The notes beneath the pieces were generated by a model. That model was not told the DNA's origin. It made no database searches and saw only the letters and a program-made list of their open reading frames with translations. Position numbers and translations under genes: made by a program. Of a DNA stretch of 64,000 nt, positions 41,614 through 52,580 are shown in pieces; position 1 is the first letter of the stretch; each line of letters starts with the position of its first letter. The DNA is taken from NCBI GenBank assembly GCA_963727895.1, contig CAVSHT010000013.1, positions 32,001-96,000 of the forward strand, read 5' to 3'. Source of the stretch: an uncultured Methanosarcinaceae archaeon (GTDB taxonomy: Archaea; Halobacteriota; Methanosarcinia; Methanosarcinales; Methanosarcinaceae).

Positions 41614-43098
41614 ATGCTTAATGAAAAGCAATCCTCGGCAGGGAATATTCCAAGGATTCTCATTTCCGCAGACCGTTCTTCTTCAGGCAAGACAACAATT
41701 TCTATGGGTTTGATGGCTGTTCTCGTTTCAAGAGGATATAAAGTCCAGCCCTTTAAGGTCGCTTTGGACTATATCGACCCTAGTTATCACACTGAGATAA
41801 CTGGCAGGTTCTGCCGGAACCTTGACGGTTATCTGATGGATGAAAATGGAATTCTGGATGTTTATACCCATGCCTGCGAAACCGGTGATAAAGCAGACAT
41901 TGCAATTATCGAAGGAGTTAGGGGGCTTTACGAAGGTTTTGAAAGCTTAAGTGATATCGGAAGCACTGCTCAGATTGCAAAGATTCTCAATTGCCCTGTA
42001 ATTTTCGTAATCAATGCTCGGAGCATTACTCGTTCAAGTGCTGCACTCGTCAACGGATACAAAAACTTCGATCCAGATGTGGACATTGCGGGAATTATCC
42101 TTAATAACATCGGAAGCCGTCGCCATGCCGAAAAAGCAAAAGAGGCTATCGAATATTATACAGGCGTTCCGATCATAGGAATCGTTCCGAGAGATCCTTC
42201 TATGCAGATTTCTATGCGTCATCTCGGGCTTATGCCAGCTCTTGAAGGTCGCAGAAGGCTTGGAGACGGAGACTTTGAAGCCCGCCTTCATGTCATTGAA
42301 GAAATTATCAACAAAGGAATCGATATTGATCACTTTCTGCAAATTGCAAACAACGTAAAACCCCTGAAAAGTCCTGAAAATAGCGTTTTTTCGATTACCT
42401 CTGATGCGGTAGATAAACCAAAAATAGGTGTCGCCTTTGATGAGGCTTTTAACTTCTACTATCGCGATAACATTGATCTTCTTAAACTTGCAGGGGCAGA
42501 AATAGTTTACTTCAGTCCTGTTAAAGACTCTGTTCTCCCTGAGGTTGATGGACTCTATATCGGAGGCGGTTATCCTGAAATTTTTGCAGCCGAACTTGAA
42601 GCTAATGAGTCAATGCGTCAGAACATCAAAAAGGCTTCCACTGCTGGCATGCCTATTTATGCCGAGTGCGGTGGGCTTATGTACCTTACAGAAAAAATAA
42701 GTACAGGCGTTTCTGGAAAAGGCACTTATCACGATGCTTCAATGCCGGAAGCTACATATGAAATGGTTGGAGCTCTCCCAGGGCATACTATTATGGGACA
42801 TACAAGAGTAGTAAGTTACAACATCGGCACCCTTAATCAGGACTGTCTTCTAGGAAAAAAAGGCAACAGTTTCAAGGGACATGAATTCCATCATTCTGAA
42901 ATAAGAGGTATTCCTGAAGATGCTGAGTTTGCAATCACTCTTTCGAGAGGAACAGGTATAAAGAACGATAAGGACGGCCTTATCTCTGGAAATACCCTTG
43001 GCTCTTATGCTCACCTTCATGGAGTTGCATACAGGGAACTTGCAAGTTCATTTGTGAAGGCTGCAAGAACGTTTCGGGATTCCAGAATTCGTCCGTGA
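41614..43098 (+). CDS. cfbB: Ni-sirohydrochlorin a,c-diamide synthase (CbiA-like)
   Basis: SSSGKTT, DYIDP, EGVRGLYEG, GGGYPE, AECGGLMYL and GHEFH; ORF open from 41581. Confidence 0.95.
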   Translation: MLNEKQSSAGNIPRILISADRSSSGKTTISMGLMAVLVSRGYKVQPFKVALDYIDPSYHTEITGRFCRNLDGYLMDENGILDVYTHACETGDKADIAIIEGVRGLYEGFESLSDIGSTAQIAKILNCPVIFVINARSITRSSAALVNGYKNFDPDVDIAGIILNNIGSRRHAEKAKEAIEYYTGVPIIGIVPRDPSMQISMRHLGLMPALEGRRRLGDGDFEARLHVIEEIINKGIDIDHFLQIANNVKPLKSPENSVFSITSDAVDKPKIGVAFDEAFNFYYRDNIDLLKLAGAEIVYFSPVKDSVLPEVDGLYIGGGYPEIFAAELEANESMRQNIKKASTAGMPIYAECGGLMYLTEKISTGVSGKGTYHDASMPEATYEMVGALPGHTIMGHTRVVSYNIGTLNQDCLLGKKGNSFKGHEFHHSEIRGIPEDAEFAITLSRGTGIKNDKDGLISGNTLGSYAHLHGVAYRELASSFVKAARTFRDSRIRP

Positions 43099-43386
43099 CG
43101 TATGTGATTTTTTTCTTGTTTTTTCTTTACTACTTTTTTAATATATCCAGTCATTTTTATAACGTGAGATGCTTTCTTAATAAATGCTGATACACAAACA
43201 AAGATTTAGCATTCTACAATCAACCTTTAAGATACGTTTTAGACTACGAGCTTAGGTCTTTGAAGGTCGAAAAAGCAATATTATATTAAATCAAATTATA
43301 ATAGGTTAAGTTACAATAAACTTGATTATAAAGAACTATTTTATGAAAATTTCAATTCAGAAAGCATGCTATAAAAAATTAAGTCA

Positions 43387-43479
43387 CAATAAACTAGATA
43401 ACAAATCAACTTATAACCAATAAACTAGATAACAAATCGACTTATAACCAATAAACTAGATAACAAATCAACTTATAAC
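43387..43479. repeat. 3 x 31-bp tandem repeat upstream of endA
   Basis: CAATAAACTAGATAACAAATC(A/G)ACTTATAAC three times, no spacers. Confidence 0.92.
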
Positions 43480-43542
43480 AGATCATAGTTATAGTTAAGC
43501 CAGATCATTAAAACAACTTGTTTTTATTTATTTTCTTTTAAG

Positions 43543-44604
43543 GTGAATCTATTGAAAACGCAACTTAAAGAAGACCGGGTCCTTGGTGGAAAGGAAGCGG
43601 TAGCTGAACTTTACAAAACTGGTTATTTCGGGCGCCTCAAACGGGAAGGGCTTGAATTTTCACTTGTTGAAGCTGCTTTTCTTCTTTCCAGGGGAAAGCT
43701 CGAGATCGAACTCGAAGGCAAACTGCTTAATTTCAAAGACTTTTTCGAGCAGGCTTCTTTGAGGCAGCCGAATTTTGAACTAAAATACATAGTTTATAAG
43801 GACCTTAAAGAAAGGGGCTATTATGTTCAGCCATCAGCTACGGATTTCCGTGTATATCCCAGAGGCAGTCATCCCGGCAAAAGTTCAGCAAAAATTTTTG
43901 TCCATGTTCAGTCTGAAAGGCAGCTTTTACCTTTAAAGCTTCTTCAGGAGTCGGTCGCCTCGGCAGAAAACGTTCATAAACAATTTATCCTTGCTGTAGT
44001 AGATGAGGAAAGTGACCTTACTTTCTATGAGGTTAAAACTGTATTTCCTGAAGGCGCCATGTCTGAGCTTTATCCTGCAATCAAAACTGATGCCACTTTT
44101 CTTGAAGACAGAGTAATAGTTTGGGATGATCAGGCTTCGGAAACTCTGTATTCTAACGGCTTTTATGGAAAAATGCTGGATTCTGAAAGGCTGCAGCTCT
44201 CTCTAGTAGAATCTCTTTACCTTTTTTCACGAGGAATAATAACGGTTAAGGACAGGAAAGGTAAAGTTTTTTCATTTGACGCGTTTATTGAAAAAGCCTC
44301 GGAGATTGAAAGTTCTTTCCTGAGAAAATACAATGCATATAAAAATCTCAGAGATTCAAGGCATGTAGTCAAAACCGGTTTCAAATTTGGGACTAACTTC
44401 AGAGTATACAGAAAAGTTGAGTCTCTTGAAAAAATTCCTCACTCGGAATACCTTGTAAATGTCATCCCTGAGGATTTCGAGTTCAGGCTTCCAGTTATGT
44501 CTGGAGCTGTCAGACTTGCAAACAGCGTAAGAAAAACAATGATTTTTGCAGTCGAGAAAGGGGAAAAAATCGAATACCTGGACATCAGCCGAACGAAAAT
44601 GTGA
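43543..44604 (+). CDS. endA: tRNA-splicing endonuclease (homodimeric, two-unit form)
   Basis: Two endonuclease units; VKTGFKFGTNFRVY, HSEY and RLANSVRK. Confidence 0.95.
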   Translation: MNLLKTQLKEDRVLGGKEAVAELYKTGYFGRLKREGLEFSLVEAAFLLSRGKLEIELEGKLLNFKDFFEQASLRQPNFELKYIVYKDLKERGYYVQPSATDFRVYPRGSHPGKSSAKIFVHVQSERQLLPLKLLQESVASAENVHKQFILAVVDEESDLTFYEVKTVFPEGAMSELYPAIKTDATFLEDRVIVWDDQASETLYSNGFYGKMLDSERLQLSLVESLYLFSRGIITVKDRKGKVFSFDAFIEKASEIESSFLRKYNAYKNLRDSRHVVKTGFKFGTNFRVYRKVESLEKIPHSEYLVNVIPEDFEFRLPVMSGAVRLANSVRKTMIFAVEKGEKIEYLDISRTKM

Positions 44605-44709
44605 GATCCTGATGAGGTTATTAGTCTAGCCGAACGAAAATGTGAGATCCTGATGAGGTTATTAGTCTAGCCGAACGAAAATGTGAGATCCTGATGAGGT
44701 TATTAGTCT
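44587..44709. repeat. 3 x 41-bp perfect tandem repeat spanning the endA stop codon
   Basis: AGCCGAACGAAAATGTGAGATCCTGATGAGGTTATTAGTCT three times, no spacers. Confidence 0.95.
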
Positions 44710-44812
44710 AATATTCTAACTGGTATTCTAATCAAGTATCTAGAAGGCATCTTTCCTTGCTGTTAACATTTTTTAATTTCATAAAATTGAATTTTCAGCC
44801 GAGGGTAAGTAT

Positions 44813-45208
44813 ATGTGGGACATTATTGCAGTAGATATTTCTGGCAGGCACAGGATTAAAGGAGGTTACTATATGGTATGTGCAGCAGCAGCACTTACGG
44901 TTTCAGCTAATTATATTGAAAAGATCAACCAAGTCAAAATCTTGCCTTTCTGGTTAAAAAGGTCTCCTGGTCTGCTGGATATTGTACAGTTAATTGAAGA
45001 TACGGCTGACCAGCTTTCCTTTGAGGGTACGATTGTGGCAGAAAAGGGTGATATGTATAATAAACCCATATGGGTGACTGAAAGCATGTTTTCCAGAGCT
45101 TTCAAGTATCAGGAATCAATTGCTGAGAGGCGGTCGATTGAGCTTGTGCATCATATTTCCCTGAGTTCCCGTAATTTATTGATAAAAGAACTTCAAATCG
45201 AGGCATGA
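44813..45208 (+). CDS. DUF2209 family protein
   Basis: IAVDISGRH N-terminus, EKGD and HHISLSSR; overlaps the hflX start. Confidence 0.8.
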   Translation: MWDIIAVDISGRHRIKGGYYMVCAAAALTVSANYIEKINQVKILPFWLKRSPGLLDIVQLIEDTADQLSFEGTIVAEKGDMYNKPIWVTESMFSRAFKYQESIAERRSIELVHHISLSSRNLLIKELQIEA

Positions 45209-46491
45209 AAATTTCAGCAGAAAAAAAATTTGGTAACGGGAGTAAAGTAATTCTCGTTAAAAGAACAGTTCCCAATTCTGATTCTGAACGTGAGGAGTAT
45301 CTCTTTCAGGAACTCCGAGAACTTACAAAAGCTGCAGGTTACTTGCCGGTTGGTGAGCTTGAGCAAACCAAGTATCCAGATTCAAAATACCAGCTCGGCC
45401 GGGGGAAAATCGAAGAACTTGCCGAACTTGTGAGTAATAAGGGTGTAGAAAAAGTAATTTTCTATAACAGACTTTCTACAACCCAGCTTTTCAATATTTC
45501 GGAAATTTGCAGATGTACGATTATAGATAAATTTCAGCTTATCCTCGAGATTTTTGCAAAAAGGGCAACTACCCACCGTTCAAAACTCCAGGTAGAACTG
45601 GCAAAATTGAGGTATGAGGTTCCAAGGGCAAGAGCTGTCGTTTCTCTTTTTACAAAAGAAGAAAGAGCAGGATTCATGGGTCTTGGAGACTACGAAGATT
45701 CTTATGAACAGGACCTGAAAAAGAGGATCACAAGAATTCAGAATGAACTTGAATCTGCAGAAAAAGATGATGAGTCTCTAAGGGCTTTAAGGCACAGGAA
45801 AGGTTTTTCTTTAATTTCCCTTGCAGGATATACAAACGCCGGAAAAAGCACTTTTTTCAACGCTATTGTAAATGAAAGTGTTGAAGCAAAGGATATGCTT
45901 TTTACAACACTTGTTCCTCTTACTCGCGCTCTGGATCTTGGAGGGAGAAAAGCTCTTCTCACCGATACCGTAGGGTTTATAGAAGATCTTCCTCACTGGT
46001 TGGTTGATGCCTTCAAGTCTACTCTGGACGAGATTTTTCTCTCGGATCTTATATTACTGGTCGTGGATGTAAGTGAAAAACCAGAGATGATCCTGCAGAA
46101 ACTTTCAACATCTCATGACACTTTATGGGATCGTATTCAGGGAGTTCCTATCATTACTGTGCTTAACAAGGTCGATATGGTTGAGGAATCTGAATTTGAA
46201 GGTATTATGGGGAAAATAGGTTACATGGCTCCGAATCCTGTATTTGTTTCGGCAAAAAAAGGTACAGGTATGGATGCTCTAAAAGCCGAAATAATCAAAA
46301 ATCTTCCTCCTTGGTGTTTTTGTTCCCTTTCTCTTCCTAATTCGGAAAAAGGAATGTCGGTTCTCTCCTGGTTGTATGAAGAAGGAATCGTACACAGGGT
46401 TGAATTCGGAGAACAAATCTTTGTGGATTATGAAGCTAGGACCGAAATTATTAATCGTGTATACGCCCTCCTTGAACCTCAAGAAGCTTAA
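45205..46491 (+). CDS. hflX: GTPase HflX
   Basis: LILEIFAKRA, LAGYTNAGKST, LFTTL, DTVGFI and NKVD. Confidence 0.96.
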   Translation: MKISAEKKFGNGSKVILVKRTVPNSDSEREEYLFQELRELTKAAGYLPVGELEQTKYPDSKYQLGRGKIEELAELVSNKGVEKVIFYNRLSTTQLFNISEICRCTIIDKFQLILEIFAKRATTHRSKLQVELAKLRYEVPRARAVVSLFTKEERAGFMGLGDYEDSYEQDLKKRITRIQNELESAEKDDESLRALRHRKGFSLISLAGYTNAGKSTFFNAIVNESVEAKDMLFTTLVPLTRALDLGGRKALLTDTVGFIEDLPHWLVDAFKSTLDEIFLSDLILLVVDVSEKPEMILQKLSTSHDTLWDRIQGVPIITVLNKVDMVEESEFEGIMGKIGYMAPNPVFVSAKKGTGMDALKAEIIKNLPPWCFCSLSLPNSEKGMSVLSWLYEEGIVHRVEFGEQIFVDYEARTEIINRVYALLEPQEA

Positions 46492-46772
46492 AAAAGTTTC
46501 TTTTGATCACACTTTTTTAAAGTTTGTTTCACGCCCTTTTTGAGCCTTAAGAAGTTTAAAAACAACTATCTGGTTATTTTCATGAAATTCGTTATATGAT
46601 TTACTTGAAACTCCAGAAACTCTTTCTTAAGAGTAAAAAGCTTTTTTAATTTTATAAAAACTACTGGATTATTAACAGAGCATTTTCTAATATCTTTTTA
46701 TCAGAGGGTTTTTGCATGATCTCAATATTGTTCGTATGAGTACGAAAGATTCTATCCAAAAGTTGTTTGTTT

Positions 46773-46875
46773 ACATGCGAACGGGCGTCTGCTGAAGACA
46801 TCAGACCCTCCTAATATCCTAAACTATACCCTTAAAACTAGATTTTTGCTATGTTTCTGCCCGTTCGTAAGTCCT
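46773..46875. mobile_element. Short MITE-like element
   Basis: Inverted repeats ACATGCGAACGGGC (46773-46786) and GCCCGTTCGTAAGT (46859-46872). Confidence 0.45.
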
Positions 46876-47058
46876 CCTTCTTTTAATTTTTTAATTTCAA
46901 TAATGATATTTTTCGTAAAAAATGAACTGATTATTATTCTGTATTCTATTACATATGCAATTACAGACAGATTCTGAAAATATTTTTCTAATTTTTTTCA
47001 GCTCATTTCTTTTTCATTTCAAAATTTATATAAATCCATTTCTCCTTCTCCTGTTATC

Positions 47059-47733
47059 ATGAAATTTGATCTACACGTACATTCCGAGTATTCAAAAGAC
47101 AGTAAGTCAAGTCACGATGATATCCTTAAAATCGCAATTAAAAGAGGTCTCGATGGATTTGCTATCTGTGACCACGACACCGTAGAAGGTGGGCTTGCCT
47201 GTGAAAAAAGAGCTATGGAGCTTGGACTTGGAATTACAGTCATTCCAGGTGTGGAGGTTACGTGTTCAAAAGGGCATATCCTCGTTCTCGGAATTGACCA
47301 GAATATTGAACCTTTTCTGAGTCCAGAAGAAACGATCAGGAGAGCCAGAGAGCTTGGGGGCACGGTTATTATTCCTCACCCATTCAAGAAAAGTTCTCAC
47401 GGAATTGGAAGCTTCGAAGGGCTTGATATTGATGCCGTTGAAGTATTTAATTCGCGCTGCCTTTTCAATAAACCTAACCGGAAAGCTGCAACTGAGGCAA
47501 AGAGACTTGGATTTCCAGGTGTTGCAGGAAGTGATTCCCATATTCCTGAAATGGTAGGTCAGGCATACACAGAGATCGATGTGTCGGAAAATACTCTCGA
47601 AGCAGTACTGAATGCGATCCGTGAAGGAAAAGTTGCCCCTGCGGGAAAAAATACTCCTACATCCATAATTCTTAAACAGATGTCAGGCAGTGCTAAGCGA
47701 AAAATTAAGAAAAAACTGTTTCATAAATCCTGA
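47059..47733 (+). CDS. PHP-domain metal-dependent phosphoesterase
   Basis: DLHVHS, ICDHD, PGVEV, GH, PHPF and GSDSH. Confidence 0.92.
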   Translation: MKFDLHVHSEYSKDSKSSHDDILKIAIKRGLDGFAICDHDTVEGGLACEKRAMELGLGITVIPGVEVTCSKGHILVLGIDQNIEPFLSPEETIRRARELGGTVIIPHPFKKSSHGIGSFEGLDIDAVEVFNSRCLFNKPNRKAATEAKRLGFPGVAGSDSHIPEMVGQAYTEIDVSENTLEAVLNAIREGKVAPAGKNTPTSIILKQMSGSAKRKIKKKLFHKS

Positions 47734-48025
47734 ATTTTAAAAATTACAGTGCCGAGTTTACAGACGGATATGGTGCTGGATATAATGCTGGAAATAAATT
47801 ATGTGGTTTCTGAACAGGCTAATGAGCAATGCTTTTTGTGACTATTGTGCCAAAAGTTCTGTAAAATTGCAAATCTCAAGAGTTATTAGGTAGAAAATCT
47901 CACATTGGCAGATCAATTTTCTCAATAGTACGCAAAAACTTGACTTCAAATTTACATCAAATTTGGAACACTGTCAAATTTAAAAAGTAGTATATATTAC
48001 CAATACTATATTTAGATGGTAAAAT

Positions 48026-49971
48026 ATGGATCTCAAAATCAGTAGATACACCTTATTAGTAGGAGCGGGGTTTACTAAAAATTTTGGAGCGCCGATTGCT
48101 TCTGAAATGTGGAACCTGATAGCTAATAATGAAATACTCCAATATCAAAAAAGGATACTAAAATTAATACAGTATGACGATAGTGGTCATAGCTTTGAGT
48201 CACTCTATCATTTTGTGATAGAAGGTTTTGAAGATAAAAATGGATTATTTGGTGAAAAAAATAAGGCATTGTTACTTAACTATATCTAGTTCTTTATTTC
48301 TTTATTTCATCAATAGAAGAACCGAGTACTTTAGCATTTCAAGACTTTTTTATAACACTTTGTCTTTCGTCTCAACCTTGCTAGAAAATGCCTCAATATG
48401 CTGTTATATCCTTCAACAGTATACGTTTCTGCTTTTGATTGAGTATGGATCTTTTCTGGAAGAAACTTTGCATATGCTCTCCAGTGATCTGTCATCACTT
48501 CTCCAATCTCTTTTTTCTTCAATTTTTCCCAGAGTAGTTTTCCAGTTTCCGTTCCTCTGCTACCAAAAGAGCAGTTGATGAACTTTTTCCCAACTCTATC
48601 AACAGCAATCCAGATCCAGCAATATTTTTTTTGTTACCGATGTAAGTGTGCATCTCATCCATTTCAACAATAGATATCTCATTTTCACTTTTTAGGTTCT
48701 CTAACTCCTGACCAAATTTCTTTATCCATCTTTGGACAGAAACATGACTCACCCCTAAAAATCGTCCTATTAAGCGAAAGCCCAATCCTTCAAGATAGAG
48801 TTGTAAAGCCTGTCTTTTTACAGAAGCGGAAAAAGCAGTTGATTTTAGCTCTACTGTATAGTTATATCCACAATCATGGCATTTGTAACGTTGACGCCCG
48901 CCAACTATACCATTCTTTTTGTAATTAGAACTATTGCATCTGGGGCAGTTCATGAAGAAATATAAGTTATAAGCATATATATCTATTTGAAGAAATATAA
49001 GTTATAAGCATATATATCTATTTTTGTTTACCACTGCCAATAATAAATATATAATATTTACAAGTGAAGAAAAAGAAGCTATGGAAAAAGCTCTTCTCTT
49101 TGCATATGAATATATTGATGAAATACTTATCACATATATAGAGGAACAAAGCCATAAAAATGAACTTACAAATGTTTCTCGTTTCACTTCTAGTTTTCTA
49201 AATAATGAAATCTTTCTACCTTCTGACGATAAAGTCTTTAAAACTTCTGATAATAAAAATTTTGTGGTTGCTCCAGACAAAAATAAAATAGCTTTTATCT
49301 TTTCGCTCAATCAAGATTTGTTTTTTGAACGAGCTTTTTCAAAATATAACAATGTCAAACTTTATCGCCCATGGGTTAAGAATGAAAATTGGGCTGGAGA
49401 CGGAAATAATAAAAAATTAACAGATTATAACTTATGTGAGCTACCTAATAAAAACGAACTATATGACAAAGAAAGTTTATCAAAAGGAAAGCATCTCCTA
49501 CTAAAACTTCATGGTTCATATGACTGTATCTATCCCAATGGTTCAAGAGCAATGATTATTGGGAAAGATAAATAATCTCAAATTCAGAAAGAACCCCTAT
49601 TAAACCTTTATTTTGAACTTTTTAAGACACCAATTTCGCATGGACAAACCTGTCTTATTATAGTAGGATCTGTTTTTGGAGATTCGCATATTAATAGGGA
49701 ACTTGCTAGAGCAGTTAAATATGGATTAGAGATATATATTCTTTCACCAAAACCACCACAAGAGTTTAAAGAAGAATTATCTAAAAGACTTAAAAAATCG
49801 GAAGATACTATAACTATATTTAATGGTATTTCGGGTTACTTTCAAGTAAAAAATATTCTATCAAATGAAGCTAACGGAAATGAAATGGAAACACTAATTA
49901 ACAACATCTCTCTTCATGATTTCTTTTGGGATAAACTCGTTTCAAAACTACCTCCAAACATCCTAAACTAA
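48026..49971 (+). pseudogene. SIR2-like (SIR2_2) protein interrupted by IS1 and a nonsense codon
   Basis: LLVGAGF N-terminus; FSLNQDLFFE; LLKLHGS; after the TAA at 49573 the frame continues LIIVGSVFGDSHIN to a stop at 49971. Confidence 0.8.
48265..49038 (-). mobile_element. IS1-family element (InsB frameshifted) inserted in the SIR2-like gene
   Basis: Ends GGCATTGTTAC / TTACCACTGCC; flanks AAAAATAA / AATAATAA; InsA 48519-48953; 1-nt deletion near the InsB end; internal 35-bp duplication at 48953-49022. Confidence 0.93.
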
Positions 49972-50092
49972 TGGTTAGAGCGAAAGAACAAAAAAGCGAA
50001 ATTTTATGAAAATATTTGCTTTTGATCTAAAAACATAAATAGTTGAAAAACAGTAAATGGTTGTAATACAAATAAAGTCAATTAAATTACTT

Positions 50093-50164
50093 GGCATTGA
50101 TACTTAAACATAGTTATATATTATTAGAAAGTATATTTCTGCATGAACTGCCCAAAATGTAATA
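50093..50164 (+). mobile_element. IS1 left-end fragment truncated by IS630
   Basis: GGCATTGATACTTAAACATAG...ATGAACTGCCCAAAATGTAATA (MNCPKCN) ends at the TA preceding IS630. Confidence 0.85.
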
Positions 50165-51240
50165 TAGTCACCACTTTAAATAATGCGACATTTTATGTTT
50201 AAATGTATGTTTCTCCCAAAATTCATTCATTTCTTCCTTTAATGCTTCAATATTTTTAAATGATTTTATTGACGTTAAGTTTTCTCTTGTCACTTTCCAA
50301 CAGTATTTTGTTGGGTTCCTATCTGGAGTAGCTGGAGGGAAAAATATTATTTTCAACCAATGCTTATTATTTTGATAAAATTCCTTTGCCTTTGCTGATC
50401 TATGCCATGTAGCTCTGTCCAGTAAAAGAAATATCCTTGCCCCTATATCTCTTTGAAACTTGATTAATGATTTTAAGTAAGAGTCTGTATTCTGTGTAAT
50501 TCCTAAATCATACCAATAAAACTCTCCATTTTCAGTGTACAATCCTCCAATATTGATTTTTGCTTTTGAACCACTTGTAAATTTAATAGGTTTTGAGCCC
50601 TTTATTGCCCAACATCTTGATCTATTTGAATCCACACAAAAATTACTTTCATCATGAGTAACGAATAAATGATTAGGGTTTAGTGATCTGTTTTTTGGAC
50701 TTCTCTTATAAATTATTTTTTAAGCACTTCATTTCTTCTTTTAGATTGAGGTCGATATGTGATTTTTCTCAACCCTAAATTTTTTAAAATTTGTCTCATT
50801 CTTGATTTGGAATAAGATACTCCAAATTTTTCCTTGACAAATTGAACTGCATCTTTTGTTTGCCAACCACGAGAATAAACATCATCTGTTGGTATAGGTT
50901 CTAAAAATGCCTCTCTTAACTCAGATAATTGTTCTGTAGTTAAAAAAGACTTGATTCCTCGACCAGGTTTACATTTTAGGCTAAACAAACCGTCGGTTTC
51001 AGCTCGTTTTATCCAGCGATGAACAGTTGAACGGTGAACTGAAAAATCGTCGGCAACTTTAGCGGGACTCAAACCATTTTTGACCAATAATAAGGCTTGA
51101 AGTTTAATCTGCTCGTTTTTGTTACAGGAATTTATGATAGCTGTAGAAATATCAAAAGTTGTAAACATTTCCAAACTCATATATAATATTATATACTAAT
51201 TTCAGGTATAATAATGTTGCAGTAAATACAGAGGTGACTA
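50165..51240 (-). mobile_element. IS630-family element with an inactivated transposase
   Basis: Ends TAGTCACC / GGTGACTA with TA on both sides; HTH ORF 50713-51180 and DDE ORF (THDES, LLDRATWH, PDRNPTKYCW); premature TAA before the A6C frameshift site. Confidence 0.9.
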
Positions 51241-51626
51241 TAGATACTGCTATTCCATTAGGGATAGTTATCAACGAAATTGTTTCAAACTCCTTTAAAT
51301 ATGCATTTTCCGGCAGGGATAAAGGAGAAATCAGAATTAGACTTCACATAGAGGAAAAAGGAGAGAGCAAGAGTGAGGAATTTGCGAGTACCACTTATGT
51401 TCTATCCGTCTTAGACAATGGCATCGGTATACCCGAAGACCTTAAGATTGAAGACCTTGACAGCCTGGGGCTTCAGATTGTAACTTCTCTTGTCGACCAG
51501 TTAAATGGAGAACTTCAACTGAATAGAGAAAATGGAACAGAATTCACTATAAAGTTCAATGTAACAGAAAAAGATACTCAGACATCAGTGCCAGTCTCTC
51601 AACTTCAATTAGTTGATAATGATTAA
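51241..51626 (+). pseudogene. Sensor histidine kinase, C-terminal HATPase fragment
   Basis: IDTAIPLGIVINEIVSNSFKYAF, DNGIG, SLGLQIV and GTEF; N-terminus replaced by the IS630 end. Confidence 0.85.
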
Positions 51627-51740
51627 TCCATTTTGTATTTGGTTAAGAGATTACGAGCCTATCCAAAAAGTCAAAAACAGTGTATTTATGGTACAGCGTA
51701 TTTGTAGTTAGAATCGATCCATGACCTTGTATCCACTCTT

Positions 51741-52337
51741 TTATTCCCAAAGAGTCCTATTTTTGTCAATGAAAGCACGCTGGGTTTCTATCCTGGAAGC
51801 TGTGTAAATCAGGGCTGCTGGATGATAGAGTTTCAGGATCGTTCTTCCTTCGTGTTCTACAGGAATTCCCCATTCTAGTTTTCGTCCTGGACAAAAGGAC
51901 TCTTCTGCTGTATTACCAAGAAGTATTATAATTTTAGGGTCAAGAAGAATTATCTGTGCAAGAAGAAAGGGTTTACAGCATTTTATTTCATTAATTTTTG
52001 GTTTTCTATTTTCCGGGGGGTGACATTTGACAGTATTAGTAACCATCCAGTCCTCTTCAGAAAGTCCCATATATTCGATCATCTTATCGAGCTTTTTTCC
52101 TGCCCTTCCGTAAAACGGAATCCCAGTTTCATTTTCGCGTTTACCTGGGGCTTCTCCTATGAAAAATACTTTTGGATGAGATGATCCTTTTCCAATTACC
52201 CGTTTTATTGTACTTTTATGGAGCTGACAGCGTGTACATTTAATTATCTCTTTTCCTACAGTTGGATATCCAGCTTCAATCATCATTTTGATTCTTTCTT
52301 CAGAATCTCTACAGTTATCTTTTTCATATGTAGTCAC
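51741..52337 (-). CDS. udg: Uracil-DNA glycosylase family 4
   Basis: CTRCQL, GEAPG, GIPFYGRAG, NTVKCHPPENR and YHPAA. Confidence 0.92.
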   Translation of the reverse strand: MTTYEKDNCRDSEERIKMMIEAGYPTVGKEIIKCTRCQLHKSTIKRVIGKGSSHPKVFFIGEAPGKRENETGIPFYGRAGKKLDKMIEYMGLSEEDWMVTNTVKCHPPENRKPKINEIKCCKPFLLAQIILLDPKIIILLGNTAEESFCPGRKLEWGIPVEHEGRTILKLYHPAALIYTASRIETQRAFIDKNRTLWE

Positions 52338-52580
52338 TTTCTACCTTCTTTATTATTGTATCCTGTAATCCGAAGTATTCTTAAATTATATAGCTTGTTT
52401 TTTATTGCTTTGATACAAAATTCAGTATCCATTTCATTAGACCTTAAAACAAACCTATTTATGGAAAAAATTCCATGACAAAGGTATAATCACTATTAAT
52501 GACAATAAATTTTCTAAAATTTATCTTTAAATTTTATTCTTTTATATATAAAATCTCACTCAAAAAGGTGCGCTGAGGGA

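Noticed and set aside
43387..44709. 31-bp and 41-bp repeats as CRISPR arrays
   Set aside because: The units are directly adjacent with no spacers, and no cas genes are present
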